A DNA stretch of 64,000 bases from a virus (IMGVR_UViG_3300009873_000007:9693-73692), one strand, 5' to 3'; numbered from the stretch's first letter, positions 37,347 to 47,059 are shown. Notes: a model not told the origin generated them from the sequence alone. Translations and numbers: made by a program.

Positions 37347-40079
37347 ATGTCCTTTTATTGCGAATGGCGTGCGCTAATCGGGCCACGATACGACCATTAT
37401 AACTGGTGGCAGCTTAATTACGGTGCGACAACCGAATTAAGCTTTAACACGTTCCTCGCACAACCGATCCTCCCAAATTCGACAGTTATCACACCATCCT
37501 CGTTGACCTATTTTTCCACACCTGGCGGCGGCTTGTGGATTGGGCCAGGTGCGACCGGCGAACAATGGGCATATTTTCGCTACACTGGCACGACTGGCAG
37601 TCAGTTTGGTGGTCTCACCAAGCAACAGATCGATACTGAATATACCGGCAATCATTCGATCAATTCCATTGTCTACCAGTGGTATCCAGTGGATGGCGAC
37701 GATGGTACGTACATCCTCAACGAGATGAGCGATTCATCATTCGCCGCTGTAGGTATGTGGACGCTGAAGCTAAAAGGCGTCAACTTCCCGCAATGGGCGC
37801 TGCGCAACAATCATCTCTGTGTAGTTCAGACTCGCACAAGTCCGACCGGCACATGGGCGATTCAGAACGTAGGCGTTATTGATGGGCCGGCGGTGCGTGA
37901 TGACTGGCAGGGGTTGAGAGAATGGACAGTAACGGTTCGGTCGCTTGATTTTGTCTATGGTAAAAATCCGGTGAAGGGTGTCAAAGTTGGTCAGTTGAAC
38001 GTCGCCAAACTATCACAAGCTTCGGCGTCAATGCCGCTTGTCAATCCATTCGAGGAGCGTCACCGCGGCGAATTTAAGGCAGCGGAACCATCATTTGATG
38101 CTGGTGTAGTCATTGACGAAGACCCTGGTACGCTATGGATCGGGGAACGATACATCGGCAGTCAGTATCCGATTTATCGACAAGCGACTGAAGATGGAAA
38201 CAATGGCAAATCCGGCGGCACATTCCATCAACTTTATTTGAATCCTCCTCCTGGCACGCCGCCGGGCGCACGGTGGATAGAGATTATCGTTCTATCTGGC
38301 GGCTTGAACGGCTGGACGATTGTTTCCTCCAACGGCAATAATCGCACAGAGATTTGTAGTCTTGCCGGCGCTGGCGATGTAGAGAATGATCCAGATCGTA
38401 ACCAATCCAAATTGATTATTTGTGAAGATCAAGAAGTTTTTACTCGTCTCAATCCACTGGCGCAACCTGGCGCAATTATCGAGCGCCGTGCGTGGTTTCG
38501 GCACATTCGAGCGGCGGGCGGTGATCTGTGGTTGCGACAACCACAGCTAGGATTTTGGTACAACCGTGTGGCCTGGGGTGACGGCAATTATGGTAGCGAT
38601 CCCTGGCCGGATCACGAGGATGCGCCAGAGCGGGCATTTGGTGGTGGCATGATTCGAGCGCCAGGGCCAGGAGAAAATATCCGCTATATGTTTAGCGGTA
38701 ATGCTCAAAATCTTGCCAACAGTGGGAATACCCACTGGCGAGTTGAGCTAATCAAAAATGCCGGATACGAGATTACGACCTCACCGGATGAATGGGTGAT
38801 GATTACCTTGCCGCCGCTGGGGTTAAAACTTACTGCGGATATTTCATTTGAGCGACCATCGGCGGGCGAAACATTACGGATTAGTAATGACGGCGGGCCA
38901 TCCACAGCAGGGCTACCGGATAGTGGTACATTGCTATTTGCGGCGGAGCAAATCACCTACAACGGCAAAACCACTGACGGTGTAACGGTTGTGGCTCGTG
39001 GCGCAAACAGTACCATTGCCGATGACCACAAGGCGGGAGATACGGTTTATCTCCTCGTCAGCGGCATTGCAACCGATGGGCAACTCGTCAAATCCGTTGG
39101 ATGGTATCGTTATCTCGGACTCATCAACCCCAAAAATTTTACTTTTCGATACTCTCTCCTTGCTGGCAATGCTCGCGATCCTGGTCAACCTGACTGGCAG
39201 AACGATTGGCAAAATGCCGTAGTCGATTTTGATAATTACACAGCGCCGCAATGGGAGTATTTTTTTAGTCCGTCCATTCGAGCGAAGCATTTATTGCTGC
39301 AAATCGAACGGATGAATGTCGATCCGGCTCGTGCCAGGGTGAATGAGATCAGGGCGATTCTCGATCCTGCGGCGTACTCCTCTGATCTGTGGCTGCCGGA
39401 TGGTCAGCCGTCATTTGCGGTATTGCGTGCCATCATCCTGCAGTCCGGCTATCCTGTGGATGCCATTAGCTATGAGAACGCTAATTCACCAACCATCAGC
39501 GATGTGATCACCGCAGATGATACCATGTGGACGGTGGCAGTAGATTTTGCTGAGTACGCCAACTGTCAGATTAGGGTGCGTAGGGATAGCAAGATTGAAC
39601 TCTATAACAATCCACTGTGGACAAACACACTAGCACCGTCATTCACCTGGACGGATGAAAATACCGCTGCTGTGGATGTCAACTGGCAGAACGGCATCGG
39701 CGTCAATCAGGTCAAATTGAAATGGAAACGGTTCAACGCTAGTGAGAGCGGCGAACAATCGTATCCATCCACACCGCAGGCGGTTGGTCAGCCATTAGAG
39801 CTTGACGAGGTGAGATACGCCAACGACGCTGCGATGCTGGCGGCTATCCGTCGCAAATTCACGCTCGCACGCTATCCAACATTGATTGATGTTGAGTCCG
39901 CCGATGCGCAACCGACTTTCCGGCCAGGGGGAGTGTGCAAGACGCAATGGCGACTACATGGGGAGATGAATGCGTTAGATCGTACTTGTTTCGTTGTGGA
40001 AGCGCAGCATTCGATTGAGGAAAATCAGTGGTATACGGCGGCGTCATTGCAGCAGGTGGGGAGGGAGCAAGAAGACTAA
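37347..40079 (+). CDS. Tail tip/baseplate hub protein with putative carbohydrate-binding inserts
   Basis: 910 aa after Dit-like gene; PPPGTPPGARWIEI and KHLLLQI..VNEIRA beta-sandwich patterns. Confidence 0.7.
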   Translation: MSFYCEWRALIGPRYDHYNWWQLNYGATTELSFNTFLAQPILPNSTVITPSSLTYFSTPGGGLWIGPGATGEQWAYFRYTGTTGSQFGGLTKQQIDTEYTGNHSINSIVYQWYPVDGDDGTYILNEMSDSSFAAVGMWTLKLKGVNFPQWALRNNHLCVVQTRTSPTGTWAIQNVGVIDGPAVRDDWQGLREWTVTVRSLDFVYGKNPVKGVKVGQLNVAKLSQASASMPLVNPFEERHRGEFKAAEPSFDAGVVIDEDPGTLWIGERYIGSQYPIYRQATEDGNNGKSGGTFHQLYLNPPPGTPPGARWIEIIVLSGGLNGWTIVSSNGNNRTEICSLAGAGDVENDPDRNQSKLIICEDQEVFTRLNPLAQPGAIIERRAWFRHIRAAGGDLWLRQPQLGFWYNRVAWGDGNYGSDPWPDHEDAPERAFGGGMIRAPGPGENIRYMFSGNAQNLANSGNTHWRVELIKNAGYEITTSPDEWVMITLPPLGLKLTADISFERPSAGETLRISNDGGPSTAGLPDSGTLLFAAEQITYNGKTTDGVTVVARGANSTIADDHKAGDTVYLLVSGIATDGQLVKSVGWYRYLGLINPKNFTFRYSLLAGNARDPGQPDWQNDWQNAVVDFDNYTAPQWEYFFSPSIRAKHLLLQIERMNVDPARARVNEIRAILDPAAYSSDLWLPDGQPSFAVLRAIILQSGYPVDAISYENANSPTISDVITADDTMWTVAVDFAEYANCQIRVRRDSKIELYNNPLWTNTLAPSFTWTDENTAAVDVNWQNGIGVNQVKLKWKRFNASESGEQSYPSTPQAVGQPLELDEVRYANDAAMLAAIRRKFTLARYPTLIDVESADAQPTFRPGGVCKTQWRLHGEMNALDRTCFVVEAQHSIEENQWYTAASLQQVGREQED

Positions 40080-43000
40080 TGGCAACCACACCACGTATCC
40101 GCCGAATGCAGGCACGGCGCAATCTTCGTGACCTGAAATCAACGCTATCGGACAATTACAGCACCAACGAAACCACACGTACTGCCACGGCGTGGGGGCG
40201 TGGCTATGTGCAGATCAATGGGCAACTCTATCCTGGCTCGTTAGATGGGCCTGCGGGTGAGGTCATCAATGCAGGCAGACCAGCGGCGGCGAACTATGTG
40301 CCAAAAACCGGCGCTGGTGTGGTTGTCGTGAATGGCAGCGTTAGCGGTAGTGGCGATGTGGGTGCGGCTGGTGGCAGCATCAATGGCACTGTACGATGGC
40401 GTGATATTGATTTTACCGGATCAAATATCACGAGTGTACAGACCAGACGGCTAGGCGATCTTCAGGGTCTTGGTGAAGATGTGCTACCTCAGTACGTTCA
40501 CAAAGACAACGCACGCACGATCACTGCACAACACACGTTTGCGCCAGAAACAGCCAAAGCGCCGTTTGTCCTCGGTTCGTTGGCGCTGGGCCAGCTAGTC
40601 ACTGGCCTAAATAGTCAATATGTTGGCGGCCAGCTTGAAAACGTATTCATGCGGAAATACGCCAACAGTCCGCTAGATATGAATCAATATCAAATAACAA
40701 GTAATGATGCTGATATTGCAACGTATCTAGGTCGTATTGCATTAGGTGGTATGCAATTTGCCGGTCATGCTGGATTTAGCCATCGTGCGCAGGTAGGACA
40801 GGGCAGTTTTGCTTTGTTGCAGAACGCCAGCGGCGACACTATCATAAACGCTGCCAACACTCGCACGCTCCATTTTCGCATCAACAATCAAAACAAGTTG
40901 CAATTATCCGCTTCTACATTTCGGATGTTTGCTGACACCGATTCTACGGTCTACGCCGGGTATAGTGCTATCGGCCACATGGGTCATCTCGGCTATGCGG
41001 GATTTGCTCACCAGAATCAGGCAACACAGACAGGATATGCACTATTACAGGATGGTGGCGGACATACACTCCTAAATGCAGCAACGAGCCGTTCTATCTT
41101 CCTCAAAACCGGCAACGTCAATCAATTATCCATTTCTTCTGGATTGATGAACGTCCACAGCGCCGTGGCGGTATCGACGGACAACTATCAAAGCCAGGTG
41201 CGTGGGTGGCGGCTAACCTACAGCGGCGAGGCGGATTTCCGCTATCTCTATGTTGATGAGATGCACGCCAAGCTGTTTATTGCTGACTTGGAACAAGCGT
41301 TAGCTGGCGGTCAGATCATCGCAAAATCGGTGTGTCTATTAGCTCAAGTGTTTACAGCACCATCGCCAGGGGGAGCACCGGTGATTCTGCGGGTGCGGGA
41401 TTTGCCCTCCGCTCCAGGCATGGCGGTCTTTCAGCCAAATGACATCATCCGTTTGCGCATTATGAGCCGTGCAAATGGCAGTTTGATTCTCTCCGATTGT
41501 TGGGGCAAAGTCGATAATTTCATTCCCGCCGGCGATGGCACGCAAGCCTGGGATTTCTTTCGCTCGGCAACGCCGAACGCCGGGAGTATGAGCGCAGGCC
41601 ATCAAGTGCCTGTGGATAGCATCGTACTCGACTATGGCACGAGTGGCAACGGCTTCCATGAGATCAACGCCATTGATGGTCGGTATGGAGCGAACTCACC
41701 ATACAGCCAGCTAGTGACCTGGACGGATCATCCAGCGACGGGTCAGGTTGTCCGAGTGCGTACCGGCAATCTAACAGGGTTGAACTTCCCCGGCGAATTT
41801 GGATTTTACACGCAAGGATCGACCAATTCGCAGTATCTCAAAGCGACTAATACCGGTCTCACCCTGCGCAATGCCGATGTGAGAGCGTACAATGGATCGC
41901 TGCCGACCGTCCACATTAGCAGCGCCGATGGTTCGATGAAACTTGGTGCTGACATCAATAATCCCGCGCTGACCACATTCGATTTTGTCGGCACAAATGG
42001 TGCATGGCGATTAGGGCCAGTCGGAACCAACAAGCCGAATCTGTACTGGACAGCCACGGAAATGCAGTTGCGAATGAACGCAACGCCAGTCATCACGCTA
42101 GACGCCAGCGGCAACAGCTATTTCTCTGGCGTAATGACCATCGGCACATCTGGCGAGATTCGTCAGGGTAGTGGGTCATTAGCCGCCAACAGTTTCACTG
42201 GTCTACGCATCCATCGCAGCGGTGAGGTAGGGTTGATCACCGGTTACAATGGCAGCATTCCGCAATGGTACGCTAGTACCGATGGTAGAATGTATGCTGG
42301 CGGCGGCAATGTCGTATTGTCCGCCGATGGCATCGATTTGCAAGCCGATACGACGCCATCCGATGGCCGTAAAGTCATTTCCTGGTGGCAGAATGTCGGC
42401 ACTCGCACCGGCAACGCACAATCAACCATCCGTGGATTTGCCGATCCGGTGTTTCAGGCAGAGACATTAGAGTTATCGGTTCGTGGATCACAGACTAGAA
42501 ACATAAGCGCCATTCGTCTACTTGCAACAAACAACGCTGGCACAACCAGCTATTTGCAGATGTTCAGCACTGACGGCATCTCCACAAATACCGGTCTAGC
42601 GGTTGTGCCTGACCCACAGGCCATTAACGCCACTCTGGGACTTATTCCCGGCCAGATTCGCACCCACTGGCTGGCAATGAAAAGCACAACAACACCGGCG
42701 GTTGTGAGCGGTCACGCCATGATGTATCAGGATAGCGCCGATAATGGCATCAAGGTGCTGTTTGATAGTGGCGTATCATATCGGGTTTTCGATCCGCTTG
42801 CCGTGGGTTTTACGTCTCTCACACTCGGCACTGGCTGGGCGTTCTGGGGAGCACCGTATCATCCGCTAATGTATACTCGCCAGTACAACGGCGTAATTGA
42901 GGTACGAGGGTTGGTTAAGGCAACCACAGCAACGCCAGCTACCGCAATCGCTGTCATGCCAGCGGGATCACGGCCACCGTACCGATTGATTTTTGCCTGC

Positions 43001-43141
43001 ATGAGCATCAATGGTGATGGCAATACGGCAGCAGTGCGACGTGTGGATGTGGACACGAACGGGGAAATTACGCCAACCGGTTGGACACCAGGGTTAAATG
43101 ACTGGATTTCAATTCATTTGATTTATTCACGAGGAGGGTAA
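40079..43141 (+). CDS. Tail fibre/receptor-binding protein
   Basis: About 1020 aa Gly-rich; C-terminal TLGTGW...NGVIEVRGLVK...PAGSRPP receptor-type domain. Confidence 0.8.
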   Translation: MATTPRIRRMQARRNLRDLKSTLSDNYSTNETTRTATAWGRGYVQINGQLYPGSLDGPAGEVINAGRPAAANYVPKTGAGVVVVNGSVSGSGDVGAAGGSINGTVRWRDIDFTGSNITSVQTRRLGDLQGLGEDVLPQYVHKDNARTITAQHTFAPETAKAPFVLGSLALGQLVTGLNSQYVGGQLENVFMRKYANSPLDMNQYQITSNDADIATYLGRIALGGMQFAGHAGFSHRAQVGQGSFALLQNASGDTIINAANTRTLHFRINNQNKLQLSASTFRMFADTDSTVYAGYSAIGHMGHLGYAGFAHQNQATQTGYALLQDGGGHTLLNAATSRSIFLKTGNVNQLSISSGLMNVHSAVAVSTDNYQSQVRGWRLTYSGEADFRYLYVDEMHAKLFIADLEQALAGGQIIAKSVCLLAQVFTAPSPGGAPVILRVRDLPSAPGMAVFQPNDIIRLRIMSRANGSLILSDCWGKVDNFIPAGDGTQAWDFFRSATPNAGSMSAGHQVPVDSIVLDYGTSGNGFHEINAIDGRYGANSPYSQLVTWTDHPATGQVVRVRTGNLTGLNFPGEFGFYTQGSTNSQYLKATNTGLTLRNADVRAYNGSLPTVHISSADGSMKLGADINNPALTTFDFVGTNGAWRLGPVGTNKPNLYWTATEMQLRMNATPVITLDASGNSYFSGVMTIGTSGEIRQGSGSLAANSFTGLRIHRSGEVGLITGYNGSIPQWYASTDGRMYAGGGNVVLSADGIDLQADTTPSDGRKVISWWQNVGTRTGNAQSTIRGFADPVFQAETLELSVRGSQTRNISAIRLLATNNAGTTSYLQMFSTDGISTNTGLAVVPDPQAINATLGLIPGQIRTHWLAMKSTTTPAVVSGHAMMYQDSADNGIKVLFDSGVSYRVFDPLAVGFTSLTLGTGWAFWGAPYHPLMYTRQYNGVIEVRGLVKATTATPATAIAVMPAGSRPPYRLIFACMSINGDGNTAAVRRVDVDTNGEITPTGWTPGLNDWISIHLIYSRGG

Positions 43142-43142
43142 C

Positions 43143-43346
43143 ATGAGGGAAATAATCATCGAGCGTCGCAAGGCGCTGATCAGTGATCTTGAGACGCTCG
43201 ACAAACAAATTCTGACGTTGGAAGCGAGGTTGAATGAGGCAACAGAACTCAGGATTCGGATGTCGGGTGCGGTTCAGGTTCTTGATGAGTTGTTGAATCC
43301 GGCGGCTTCAACGCTTGAATCGCCAGAGGCAACTCCTCAGTCGTGA
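43143..43346 (+). CDS. Small coiled-coil protein (fibre chaperone-like)
   Basis: GGAGG RBS; heptad pattern; last late gene. Confidence 0.65.
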   Translation: MREIIIERRKALISDLETLDKQILTLEARLNEATELRIRMSGAVQVLDELLNPAASTLESPEATPQS

Positions 43347-43442
43347 TTGGGTGAAATGCACTTAACAATAGTAACTCGATTTCATCTTCGGTTAGTTCAT
43401 CGCAAATCAATTCGTCTATCATCATATTCTCCTTTCAATACT

Positions 43443-43473
43443 AGCCCGGCGCAGATGTGGCCGGGCTTTGTTG
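43443..43473 (+). terminator. Terminator at convergence of late and early transcription
   Basis: AGCCCGGC..GCCGGGCT stem then TTGTT. Confidence 0.6.
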
Positions 43474-43495
43474 GTGGGCAGGGCGCTGAGGGCTA

Positions 43496-43795
43496 CTACG
43501 CTGCGTTAAGTTCCAACGACAGGGGGAAGGCCGTTTTCTGCTGCCCGCCCCGCCAGACGTTGAGAAAATCGTGCCACAATCGCAACGACTCCTCGTTGTG
43601 CTTCACAATCCACATCTTTGCGCCGTCAACTACTAGCGCATGTTCCTCCCACACGCCGGATACTTCGTCACCGGCCTTCGCCAACGCCAGCGCAAGAGGC
43701 TGGCAGATGACCATGTGAGATTTGGCGGTACGCTGCCGCATGGCCTCTAGGCCGCTGTCAAAATCTTCTTGTGTGACGGTCGTCTGGATTTTCAT
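43496..43795 (-). CDS. Hypothetical early protein
   Basis: GAGGAG RBS in repeated leader. Confidence 0.7.
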   Translation of the reverse strand: MKIQTTVTQEDFDSGLEAMRQRTAKSHMVICQPLALALAKAGDEVSGVWEEHALVVDGAKMWIVKHNEESLRLWHDFLNVWRGGQQKTAFPLSLELNAA

Positions 43796-43867
43796 GTCGT
43801 TCTCCTCCCCGCATCTAAGGCGGCGGGGCTGCCAGTGTGGCCGGGCTAGTTGCTGATTACACTGCGC

Positions 43868-44194
43868 CTATCGTTCGCACAGGTGAGGTGGTAATTTTCC
43901 CCCGTTCAACTTCTGAAATAGTCCCCCCCCCCAAAGGGGGAGGTTCAGGGCGATAGCCTGCTCGATGGCTTCGTCCTGAATCCAGGGGGGGAGATTATCG
44001 GACGCCAAGAACCACTCACAACCAACCATGTTCCGGTCGTATGCCCCCCAGCGCAAGACCGCCAACATGCGGTCTTGCTCGTCTTTTGGCTCGTTTGCCA
44101 AGCCGTACCGCTTCTTCGTTTTCGACACAACCGCCAGAATTGTTGGTCGGTCTTCATAATCGCCATCATTCGTTTTGCCAAAATCGATTTTCAT
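43868..44194 (-). CDS. Hypothetical early protein
   Basis: AAAGGAG RBS in repeated leader. Confidence 0.7.
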   Translation of the reverse strand: MKIDFGKTNDGDYEDRPTILAVVSKTKKRYGLANEPKDEQDRMLAVLRWGAYDRNMVGCEWFLASDNLPPWIQDEAIEQAIALNLPLWGGGLFQKLNGGKLPPHLCER

Positions 44195-44241
44195 CTCATT
44201 CTCCTTTGCCGCACTGGGCGGCGGGGCTGCCAGTGTGGTTG

Positions 44242-44547
44242 TCAGGCCAGCTTGCTGCGTTCGAATAGTAGACGCTCGGCCAAAGCGAACTCGACTGCGG
44301 GATGTGCCTGCACCTCGACCTTGCAGGCGTGGGCCGGGGTGTCCCAGGCAATCAGGGTGTCCCCCTCGTGGAGGGAGAGTTGGTGGCGAAAGGCCGATGT
44401 CGGCTGGCCTTCTGCGTACTCCGCTCGCAAGCTGTTGACGTAATCTTCCACCGCTGCGGCCAGTGCTTGACGCTGCGCTAGCGTTGGCGGATTTCCAAAC
44501 ACTGGCTTATTTTCTGCCAAAAATTGATTGAGTTGATTAAGGTTCAT
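44242..44547 (-). CDS. Hypothetical early protein (MNLNQLNQF...)
   Basis: AAAGGAG RBS in repeated leader. Confidence 0.7.
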   Translation of the reverse strand: MNLNQLNQFLAENKPVFGNPPTLAQRQALAAAVEDYVNSLRAEYAEGQPTSAFRHQLSLHEGDTLIAWDTPAHACKVEVQAHPAVEFALAERLLFERSKLA

Positions 44548-44578
44548 CTCATTCTCTCCTTTGCCGCACTCTGCGCCG

Positions 44579-44881
44579 TCAATTTCCGTATGTAACTGCG
44601 TGCCACAGCCTGCCGGTGGCATCCCGGCGGCAAGGCCAGCCGTGCGTGCCGGGGCCGCACTGGATACTAATGCAACGGGGGCGGCGAATGCCGTCGGCTT
44701 TCGATTTGTGGTGGTGTGGATTTGGAACTTCTATCACCACCGGGAATCCGCCACGAAGAACGATATGGCTGACATCGGCAAGTGAAAATCCGAATGCTTG
44801 CACGGCATTTAAAACGATGTCTTTGCCTGCGACTTCGATTAATTCCTGCGTCATTTCGGCATCATATTGTTGGCTGTTCAT
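44579..44881 (-). CDS. Hypothetical early protein
   Basis: AAAGGAG RBS in repeated leader. Confidence 0.7.
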   Translation of the reverse strand: MNSQQYDAEMTQELIEVAGKDIVLNAVQAFGFSLADVSHIVLRGGFPVVIEVPNPHHHKSKADGIRRPRCISIQCGPGTHGWPCRRDATGRLWHAVTYGN

Positions 44882-44908
44882 CTTATTCTCCTTTGCCGCA
44901 CTGGGCGG

Positions 44909-45196
44909 CTAGTTGCTGAAACTAAACTCTGCTATCACTCTCTCGACTGCTTCCATGTCTTCCGCCATCCATTGCGGCCAGGTAGCGAAGCCACGAGCTT
45001 CGAGTTCGCTGATGCGCTGGCGAAGGTAGCTGATGGCGTGGCGGAGTCCTTCGGTGTCGCTTAACTCACTGTGGTATAGCCGGTCAACTGCCAGCGTAAT
45101 TGTCTCTGTGTGGCTGAGTGTCAGCCGTGATTGCAATTCGTTTAACTGGCGTTCGGTTAACTGATTAATGCGTAGGTTCTTTTGTGTTTTTGCCAT
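44909..45196 (-). CDS. Ribbon-helix-helix-like DNA-binding protein
   Basis: KNLRINQLTERQLNELQ...TETITLAVDRLY. Confidence 0.6.
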   Translation of the reverse strand: MAKTQKNLRINQLTERQLNELQSRLTLSHTETITLAVDRLYHSELSDTEGLRHAISYLRQRISELEARGFATWPQWMAEDMEAVERVIAEFSFSN

Positions 45197-45240
45197 GTGC
45201 GTCACCCGGATTGGATTCGGCTCCGGGTGGGCCGAATTCG

Positions 45241-45441
45241 TTAGGCGGTCAGGTTCTCAACGATAATGTCAATCGCTTGTTGTTCGGTGAGTCCGGCGAC
45301 TTCTTCGCCGTTGTCGCAGACACTATACGTGCCGTCTGCGTTCAGAACCAGCACCGTGGTGTCTGCTACCGATTCCGGCTCACCTACTGCTACCACATCC
45401 ATTGCATCCTGCGCTAATTGTTTGGCTTGTTTGGCGTTCAT
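45241..45441 (-). CDS. Hypothetical early protein (MNAKQAKQ...)
   Basis: AAAGGAA RBS. Confidence 0.6.
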   Translation of the reverse strand: MNAKQAKQLAQDAMDVVAVGEPESVADTTVLVLNADGTYSVCDNGEEVAGLTEQQAIDIIVENLTA

Positions 45442-45496
45442 TGTTCGTTCCTTTCTGTTGGTTGGTGTGCCAGGCGGGGGACACCCGGCGGGGCGC

Positions 45497-45688
45497 TTAC
45501 TGATTCTCAATCTGTTCTCGTAGTCGGTACGCATCACGCCGCAATTGATTGCGTCGCTGTGCGGTCTCTGCGTTGCACACATCCGCACGGAAGGCTAGGT
45601 CGTTGCGGCAACGCTCAACAATTACGCTGTCATTCTGCGCCCACGTGGGCAGGTCGCTGGCGTTAAACCTCGTGTTGATGGTGGTCAT
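45497..45688 (-). CDS. Hypothetical early protein
   Basis: AAAGGA RBS; first gene after consensus promoter. Confidence 0.6.
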   Translation of the reverse strand: MTTINTRFNASDLPTWAQNDSVIVERCRNDLAFRADVCNAETAQRRNQLRRDAYRLREQIENQ

Positions 45689-45774
45689 TGTTCTTTGTCC
45701 TTTGGTTATCTCCGGCGCTCGATGGCCGGGTACTCACTCTGTAGAGTCGTTATCTGTTTGCTTCTGATGGATTC

Positions 45775-45803
45775 AGTATAGCATATAGATATACGGTTGT
45801 CAA
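45775..45803 (-). promoter_or_regulatory. Strong sigma70 promoter
   Basis: TTGACA-17 nt-TATACT with extended TG. Confidence 0.85.
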
Positions 45804-45823
45804 TAGGGTTGAGTGACGGGTTT

Positions 45824-46030
45824 TCAAGAAGACGATAATTTTAAGGTTCGCCGCGCCATCGCTCGCCTCACCCGCCGCACCTCCTCCACACTGAGCGAGT
45901 TGCGCACCTGCTGCGCCGTCGCCTGGTGTGGAGTCCAGTAGCCAACTTCGCCGGTATCGGTGAGGGTGGCGATGAGTGCGCCGCCGGCTACGAGTGTGTC
46001 GAGGTGAACGAGTAATTCTTTCTGCGTCAT
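45824..46030 (-). CDS. Hypothetical protein (MTQKELL...)
   Basis: 68 aa; starts directly after a terminator U-tract. Confidence 0.5.
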   Translation of the reverse strand: MTQKELLVHLDTLVAGGALIATLTDTGEVGYWTPHQATAQQVRNSLSVEEVRRVRRAMARRTLKLSSS

Positions 46031-46087
46031 AAAAAAAGCCTCCTGGGTGATTATGAGTGGTGTACTCACTATATCACGACAGGAGGC
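46031..46087 (-). terminator. Long-stem intrinsic terminator
   Basis: GCCTCCTG...CAGGAGGC stem then TTTTTTT on minus strand. Confidence 0.7.
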
Positions 46088-46114
46088 GGAAAGACGCAAC
46101 TCTGGCGAAACTCG

Positions 46115-46456
46115 TCAGCGCACTGGTCGCACCAGACCGCCCGGCAAAAACACCGGCGGCAAGCCGCGGCTTGCCATGACGATGATGTTGGCGGTCGGAA
46201 ACCGCCGAGCGATGTAGCCAGCGGCAACGCTGTGGCCGGGTAAAATCACGCAATCGACGTTGAACGGATTGCCGTGGATTTCCGGCAATGCCAGGGCTTC
46301 GTCGGCCAGGGCATCCAGTTGCGACGTGAGCGGCTGGGCCATGTCCAACTGGACTTTGATGGTATGGACGACGGCATCGCCAGCACCGTACTCGTCGGTG
46401 ATGATGCGCTGCGCTTCGGCGTTGAGCGGATGCGAGAAATTGATTACGACGATCAT
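46115..46456 (-). CDS. csx15: Csx15-like protein (type III CRISPR-associated family homologue)
   Basis: INFSHPL, VQLDMAQPLTSQ, ILPG..VAA, RFP and LPPVF match the Csx15 motif order as recalled; CAGGAG RBS. Confidence 0.78.
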   Translation of the reverse strand: MIVVINFSHPLNAEAQRIITDEYGAGDAVVHTIKVQLDMAQPLTSQLDALADEALALPEIHGNPFNVDCVILPGHSVAAGYIARRFPTANIIVMASRGLPPVFLPGGLVRPVR

Positions 46457-46508
46457 GTTCTGTTCTCCTGATTGATTGTGCCAGGTGGGGGGACCCTGGC
46501 GGGGTGGG

Positions 46509-46829
46509 TTAGGGCTTGCGATCTGGATGCAGCACGCACCAGCGATAATGCTGCTGTGGCTGCGCTGGCCGCTCTACATCTGCCAACTCATGGAAGTAAT
46601 AGCCGTTGGCGTCTGGCTCGTCGTAATACTTCGCTGTTTTGTAGGTGGCGACGAACGGTTCCCACCAGACAGCACCGCACTGCGGACACCACGATAGCGA
46701 GATGTCAGCGTGAGCCGTGGCAGGCTCACCGAACACTAAGCCTGGCGGTGTGGCAGTCAGCGTGCGCACACTCGTGCGTTTGCGACCGCCACCAGAGCGC
46801 CGGGACTTGCCGGGGCCACCTTTAGCCAT
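46509..46829 (-). CDS. Hypothetical protein with CPQC motif
   Basis: 106 aa; basic N-terminus. Confidence 0.55.
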   Translation of the reverse strand: MAKGGPGKSRRSGGGRKRTSVRTLTATPPGLVFGEPATAHADISLSWCPQCGAVWWEPFVATYKTAKYYDEPDANGYYFHELADVERPAQPQQHYRWCVLHPDRKP

Positions 46830-47059
46830 TAGACGCTTACCCGTGGGTCATATCTGCCGATGAAAATCCATTCATCGGCGGGCGTCGCATCGGTGGCTAC
46901 GATAGCTGCCACCACTTCGTTCTCAGAGGCATACAGGTAGCACGCTTCTGAAATATCGAGATCGGCAACGATCTCTTGAATCGGCGTTGTCAGCGCATAC
47001 GTGGCAATGTCGGGGCCACAGACATCATTTGAGAACTTCTTGGCTGCTAAAACTTTCAC
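46829..47059 (-). CDS. Hypothetical protein
   Basis: GAAGGA RBS; TAATG overlap. Confidence 0.6.
   Translation of the reverse strand: MKVLAAKKFSNDVCGPDIATYALTTPIQEIVADLDISEACYLYASENEVVAAIVATDATPADEWIFIGRYDPRVSV

Larger units (their letters stand above)
43796..44918 (-). repeat. Four copies of a hairpin+RBS leader (GCCGCCCAGTGCGGCAAAGGAGAA type)
   Basis: Copies at about 43796-43855, 44195-44238, 44548-44570, 44882-44918. Confidence 0.85.

Noticed and set aside
40079-43141. Diversity-generating retroelement targeting the tail fibre
   Set aside because: No reverse transcriptase and no template/variable repeat pair seen in the window
43796-46505. Repeated leaders as a CRISPR mini-array
   Set aside because: Intervals are whole genes of 300-400 nt, not 30-40 nt spacers; repeats contain RBSs
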